DNA of 64,000 bases from Rebecca billardiae RCC1528. Taxonomy: Eukaryota > Protista > Haptophyta. Under the pieces are notes generated by a model. That model did no database searches. It was not told the origin of the DNA and saw only the letters and a program-made list of their open reading frames with translations. A program made the position numbers and the translations under genes. Below are positions 59,470-64,000 of this stretch, piece after piece. The stretch's first letter is position 1. The number at the start of each line of letters is the position of its first letter. Location of the stretch: contig OZ251228.1 of NCBI GenBank assembly GCA_965240325.2, positions 1 through 64,000 of the forward strand. Direction: 5' to 3'.

Positions 59470-61579
59470 TCACTTGGACGGCCGGGGCACCCACGCGTCC
59501 GTCCACTCTTGCCTCCACCGGTCGGTGTGCGGGATGACGTCCCACATCATGTCGTACCTGTGAGCAGCGCGCAGCGCGCAGCGCGCGGCAGCAGGCGCGG
59601 GGCGTCAGCCGGGCGGGCGCGCGCGGGCGCTGCGCCCCGCGCGCTGCTGGGCGCGCGCGCGGGGGTGCGCGCGCGCGCGGCGGCGGCGGCGGCGGCGGCG
59701 CGCACCAGATGTGCCCCGGCTTGCCGCGCGCGAGTGGCCTGATGCAGCACCAGATCCCCAGGTAGTTCATCGAGCGCTTCTGGAAGCTGCCCTGCTGCTC
59801 GGGCGTGAGCGCGCGCTGGAACACGTCTGCCGGCACGTGCGAGATGCGGAGCACCTTGGCGGCGCGCGCGGCGTCGGCCTTGAGCGCGGCCTCGACGGAC
59901 TCGCGCGAGGTGGGCGCGGGCAGCGTGAGGTTGTGCTGCGAGCGGCGCACCGCCTCGGGCGTGCGCGCGTTCTCGAGCAGCGAGTACTCGCGGATCAGCT
60001 CGGGGCGCAGCCCACCCTCGATGTTGAAGACGTGGTCGAGCGGACACAGCAGCGGCAGCGGCATCGACGAGCCCGGGATGCGGCCCTGGTGCGGCGCCCA
60101 CCAGCGGTCGAAGCCGCACCACAGCCTGGGCATGATCAGCACGCGGCCGGTGAGCTCGGCGAGCACGAGCCCCGAGCGGATCCGCGCGAGCTGGTAGTTC
60201 ACCAGCGCGAAGTGCTGCTCGACCGTGCGCGGCTCCTTGCCGTCCGGCCGCAGCAGCTCGGGCGGGATGGCGTAGTCGTCGATGGCGAGCAGCCCGCCGG
60301 GGGGGTCGTAGTACGCGGGCGGGTCGTGCCACACGGTCCACTCGCGCATGCGGTGGCGCTTCCCGTTCGTGCCCGAGAACTGGAACGTCGCGTGCACCGC
60401 GTACGCCTCCTTGCCCAGCCGCTGCGGCATGCGCTGCACAAAGCCCGTGTGCCCCGAGCAGAAGGTGGAGACGGGCAGCACCGCCGTCGGCACCTTGCCG
60501 TGGTACAGGGCGAAGATGCGCTCGGCGTACGGCCCGCGCGAGGAGTTGGTCTTCCAGGAGGAGCCGCGGCGCACGAGCTGGTTGAACGCCGCCTGCTCCC
60601 AGAAGTCGAGGTTCTTCGAGCACATCTCGTTCCACTCCTGCGTGAGCGCCTTGGTGGCAGCGGTGGGGCGCATGAAGATGATCCCGACGTTCATCGTGGC
60701 GCCCACGCCCTTCTTGGTCTCGGGGCCGTCGTCGTCGACGGTGTTGACGAGCAGGTCGGAGGAGACGAGCAGGTCCGCGCCGGGCACCGTGCGGAAGAAG
60801 CCGAACGGGTCCCTCAGGTACATCACGTCGATGTCAGACAGGAGCACGTCGTAGCCGTACTCGAGCACGCTCAGAAACATGGCGATCTTCTTCTGCTGCG
60901 CCTGCTTGAAGACCTTGGAGCCCCAGCCGAAGTCGCGCGTGGTGAGCGAGGCGGCCATGTCGAAGGAGGGCACGCCGGCGCCGCGGAGCTGCGTGAACGC
61001 GCCGTCGTCCAGCGCGCCCACCAAGAAGTGCCGGTTGCCGCCCGCGCGCAGGTGGCGCACCCAGTTGGCCGCAAAGTCCATGTAGTGCGTGTTCACAAAC
61101 GACACGATGACCATCTTGTCGGGCGAGGCGTACTTGGCGACGAGCTCGCGCGTGAGGTCCTTGCCGAACGCGCCGATGTCCGGGTCGGGCTCGTCCGCCG
61201 AGGCCAGGTGGCGCGCCGACGCCGACGCCGCCGGCAGCGCGCCCGCCGGCGTCGACGCGCCCGCGCCCGCGCCGCGCGCCGCCGGCTCGGCGCGCGCGAT
61301 GGGCTGGAGGCGCGGCGGGAGCTCGCCGCCGCTGGCGAGGCGCTGCGAGCGGATCGCCTCAGCCACGCGGTCGTCCTGCCGCAGCCGCGCCACCGTGTCC
61401 TGCAGCCACGCGAGCGTGGTGCTCGTGTAGACCGACTGGTAGCCGGTTGAGGACGTGGCCGCCACGCCCGGCTGCGTGATGAGCGAGCGCTGGCCGCGGT
61501 CGTACATGCTCACGATCGAGATGAGCGCGAGCGTCACCACGAACATCATGCCCACCGCCCACGCCGACGCGTGCGCCAT
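59470..61579 (-). CDS. GT77 (nucleotide-diphospho-sugar transferase) XEG113-like arabinosyltransferase; intron 59558-59705
   Basis: Type II membrane anchor; YMDFAANWV, FGWGS..F, LLSDIDV (DxD), FCSGH, VHATFQ..GKRHRMRE, HFALVNYQL, CPLDHVF, IREYS; spliced C-terminus GHIWYDMMWD. Confidence 0.9.
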
Positions 61580-61744
61580 GGCGCGGACCCGCGGCGCACT
61601 CGCCACACGCGCGCGCGCGCAGCAAAGCAGCGGGTGGAGGGCCGCCACCCTCAGCCTGCGTGCGTGCAGAGCTCCCGCCGTCCTGTTCATGACCGAGTCC
61701 GGTGCACCTCGCGCGGCGGACTGGGCAATACGGTTTGGCGCTTT

Positions 61745-61932
61745 TCGGCCAACTCAACAGAAGGATGTTCTGTTGAGTTGGCCGATCGGCGAGGGGGGGG
61801 GGTGGGCTCGACAACAGGGCCCAGGCTCTGTTGAGTTGAGCTTGGAGGCCAGCTGGACTCGACAGAAGAATGCTCTGTTGAGTCGGTCGGACCTTGGCGG
61901 CCTCTCGACAGAGCCCTGGTCTGTTGAGTTGA
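61745..61932. repeat. Array of four palindromic CTC(A/G)ACAG..CTGTTGAG units
   Basis: Units at ~61745, 61807, 61857 and 61903; the first is a perfect 18-bp stem with a 5-nt loop. Confidence 0.85.
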
Positions 61933-63719
61933 TCGTTGGTGGACACCGGTGATGGGGGTGCCTTGGGGCGCACCGACGGCGTAAAGGCGCTGCGGGCGCT
62001 GCGGTGCGCGCGACGGCGGCGCGCCCGGTGGCGCTGCTGTTGGAAGCTACTGCGCCCCTCTCCACCTCGCGCGCTTCGCTCGTCGTCGCCGTCTCCGCAC
62101 CTGCTACCGGCATGCACGCGTGCGCAGCGCCTCGGACGCCCGTTGACGGCGCGCGCCCCGGCAACCGCCCATCACCGGCGGCGGCGAGTGCTGTTGCGGT
62201 TGGATGGAATCGGATGGTCTGCTGATAGTTGGACCAACCAACCAACGCCCTCGGTGGGCTTGGGCTTTGGTGTACGGAGCGTTCGGTGGAACTTGAGCCT
62301 CGGCACATTTCCCAGCGAAGTGGCCCACCTCGACGTGGCTGGCACGCTCGTCACGCGCTCCCGAGCGCTCGTTTCGCGGTGCCGCAGGCCTTGGGCAGAC
62401 CAGTCAGACATGGCGCGACCGCATTACCGGGCCATGTGCGCACCACATCCGCGCTACGTGGCCTGCGCTCTGGACGACTGGGAGTCAATGCCCGGACCCA
62501 CTGCATTCCACTGCCCCGCATGCACCCCGAGTCACCGTCAGAGGGCGTCGACGAGCGCAGAGCGGGTGCGCGGGAGTTCAACCAACTCGTGTACCTTCTT
62601 GCAAGCACCAGTGGCGAGGTCGCACGCCCAATCGTGACCAGCCGTGGAACTTGACTCTTGAGCCGGTCGGCAGCAAAACCACCGTGTGGCGGCCGAGATG
62701 AAGTAGCAGCGTGCAACTGCAAGGAGGAGGCGCGGTGCGTGTCCGCGGCTGGCGAGAGGCGTCCGGACCGTGATGTTCTCGGCCGCGTCCGCGCGCTTCC
62801 CGCCGCCGCAGGCCCCGTGTACGCCCGTCGTCGCCCTCGCCGCGTGGGGCGTGGGCGCCCACCGAGCTCAAGTTCCATGGCAAGGAAGTACTGTACTGAT
62901 CTACAGTTTACGATACAGTACGTAGTAAGATTTAACGTGCACACTTGGTTCAACAGTACGTAGTGATCTTGACAATGTGGCCGTGCACGCGGCAACAGGG
63001 CTCAGGCGGCCCAGTTGTCGAGTGCAGGCGTGTGTGGCTTGCGATGGCAGCCAGCCGTCAGCCGGGGCGCCACGCCCACGGTTCGCTGGTGGGCTGGCCC
63101 GATGGCGTCGCAGAGCTCACGCGTACGGGGGAGGAGGGCATCGACGAGGAGACGACCAAGGGCGAGAAGCAGCCGGGGGCACGCAGCACGGGGCTCGGAG
63201 CATGCCGCCAGCACGCATGCCTCCACACCGTCGCACGTCACCCTTGCTCGTAGCTGTGCGCTGTGCTGCACTCATCTCACCATCGCCCATGCTACGGGCG
63301 CGGCCGGGTGGTGGACATCTACCTGTCGGCGCAGCACTGGCATCGGTGGTCGCCAGACACTTCTCGACTTGCTCTGCGCGTGACAGCAAGGAGACGGCAG
63401 CGCCACAGCTGTGTGAGCAGATGTCAGGTGCTGCTCTGCTCAGTGAGGCTGATAGACTGAGCACGCATGGCGGGCGCTGGCATTCCCCCGCATCCATGAG
63501 CCCAACAGGTGCATAGCCGTGCCCAGGAGCGCAGGACCAACCGCCCGGTGCTGCTTCAAACACCTGCGCCCCACGCTGCAGGCAGGATGAGGGGCGCTCG
63601 ACTCTACGCCGCACGCGGCGGCAGCAGCTGGGCCGCTGGGATGGTCCTGCGCGGATGACGGCGGTCGCCGCGGCTGACAGCTTGGTGTCACTGGTTCGAC
63701 GGGCCTGGACGACGGACGC

Positions 63720-64000
63720 GCCGAGCACGGTGACGCTGTTCGATGCGCCCACGGCACTGCCCAGCGCGCTGGAGGCGTCGCCATCTGGTGCTGCTGTGCC
63801 TGCGCCCAGCTTGGGCACCAGCAGCTGCGCTCAACTCCCCGCCGCGGGCAGCGGCAGGGATGGTGCCACGGCGGTCGGCGGCGGTCGGCGGAGCTGTCAG
63901 CTCGGCGGTGCACGCCCGAGGGGCGTGGGCGCTGGACGCACCGAGCGCGGTGACGCTGCTCGCCTCGACCATCGCGCTGGAGCCGCTGCCATCCGGTGCT
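63720..64000. repeat. Degenerate direct repeat (~220-bp spacing)
   Basis: CCGAGC(A/G)CGGTGACGCTG..CGCGCTGGAG..GCCATC(T/C)GGTGCT at ~63721-63792 and ~63941-64000. Confidence 0.65.

Noticed and set aside
61745-61932. CRISPR array
   Set aside because: Eukaryotic context, non-identical repeats, short irregular linkers and no cas genes.
61940-64000. Possible genes or a transposase at the right end
   Set aside because: Short broken ORFs with no recognisable motif; likely decayed repeat or pseudogene sequence.

Overview
This window is the left end of a eukaryotic chromosome with extremely GC-rich genes. The TTAGGG telomere, (CG)n-rich short GT-AG introns and gene set suggest a haptophyte alga, possibly Pavlovales such as Diacronema (inference only). 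Bases 18-1527 are telomeric (CCCTAA)n. They are followed by a structured junction (inverted variant telomere tracts, a twice-repeated hairpin unit, two minisatellites) and about 8.5 kb of degenerate subtelomeric repeats. From about 11 kb there are 13 compact protein-coding genes: an ER J-domain/thioredoxin/ShK/MANF-like KDEL protein, CCDC24-like, an ankyrin protein, a GT-A-like protein, R3HDM4-like, ATG4, a BIG/Sec7 ARF-GEF, a tandem-GAF protein, a SAM methyltransferase, SFT2-like, a CFAP52-like WD40 protein, a 4071-aa cNMP-binding/soluble adenylyl cyclase/STAND protein, and an XEG113-like GT77. Between the genes lie AT-richer spacers with decayed TIR elements and an RCC1 pseudogene fragment. 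Four observations stand out: (1) nearly U-free introns with self-complementary (CG)n tracts instead of a polypyrimidine tract; (2) the J-domain plus MANF-like fusion; (3) the sAC-STAND giant with N-terminal cNMP-binding-like segments near a catalytic-domain-free tandem-GAF gene; (4) a recurring signature of 2-6 nt micro-insertions in non-coding DNA. Most long Ala/Arg/Pro-rich ORFs in the track are off-frame shadows. Family calls come from motif recognition, not database searches.
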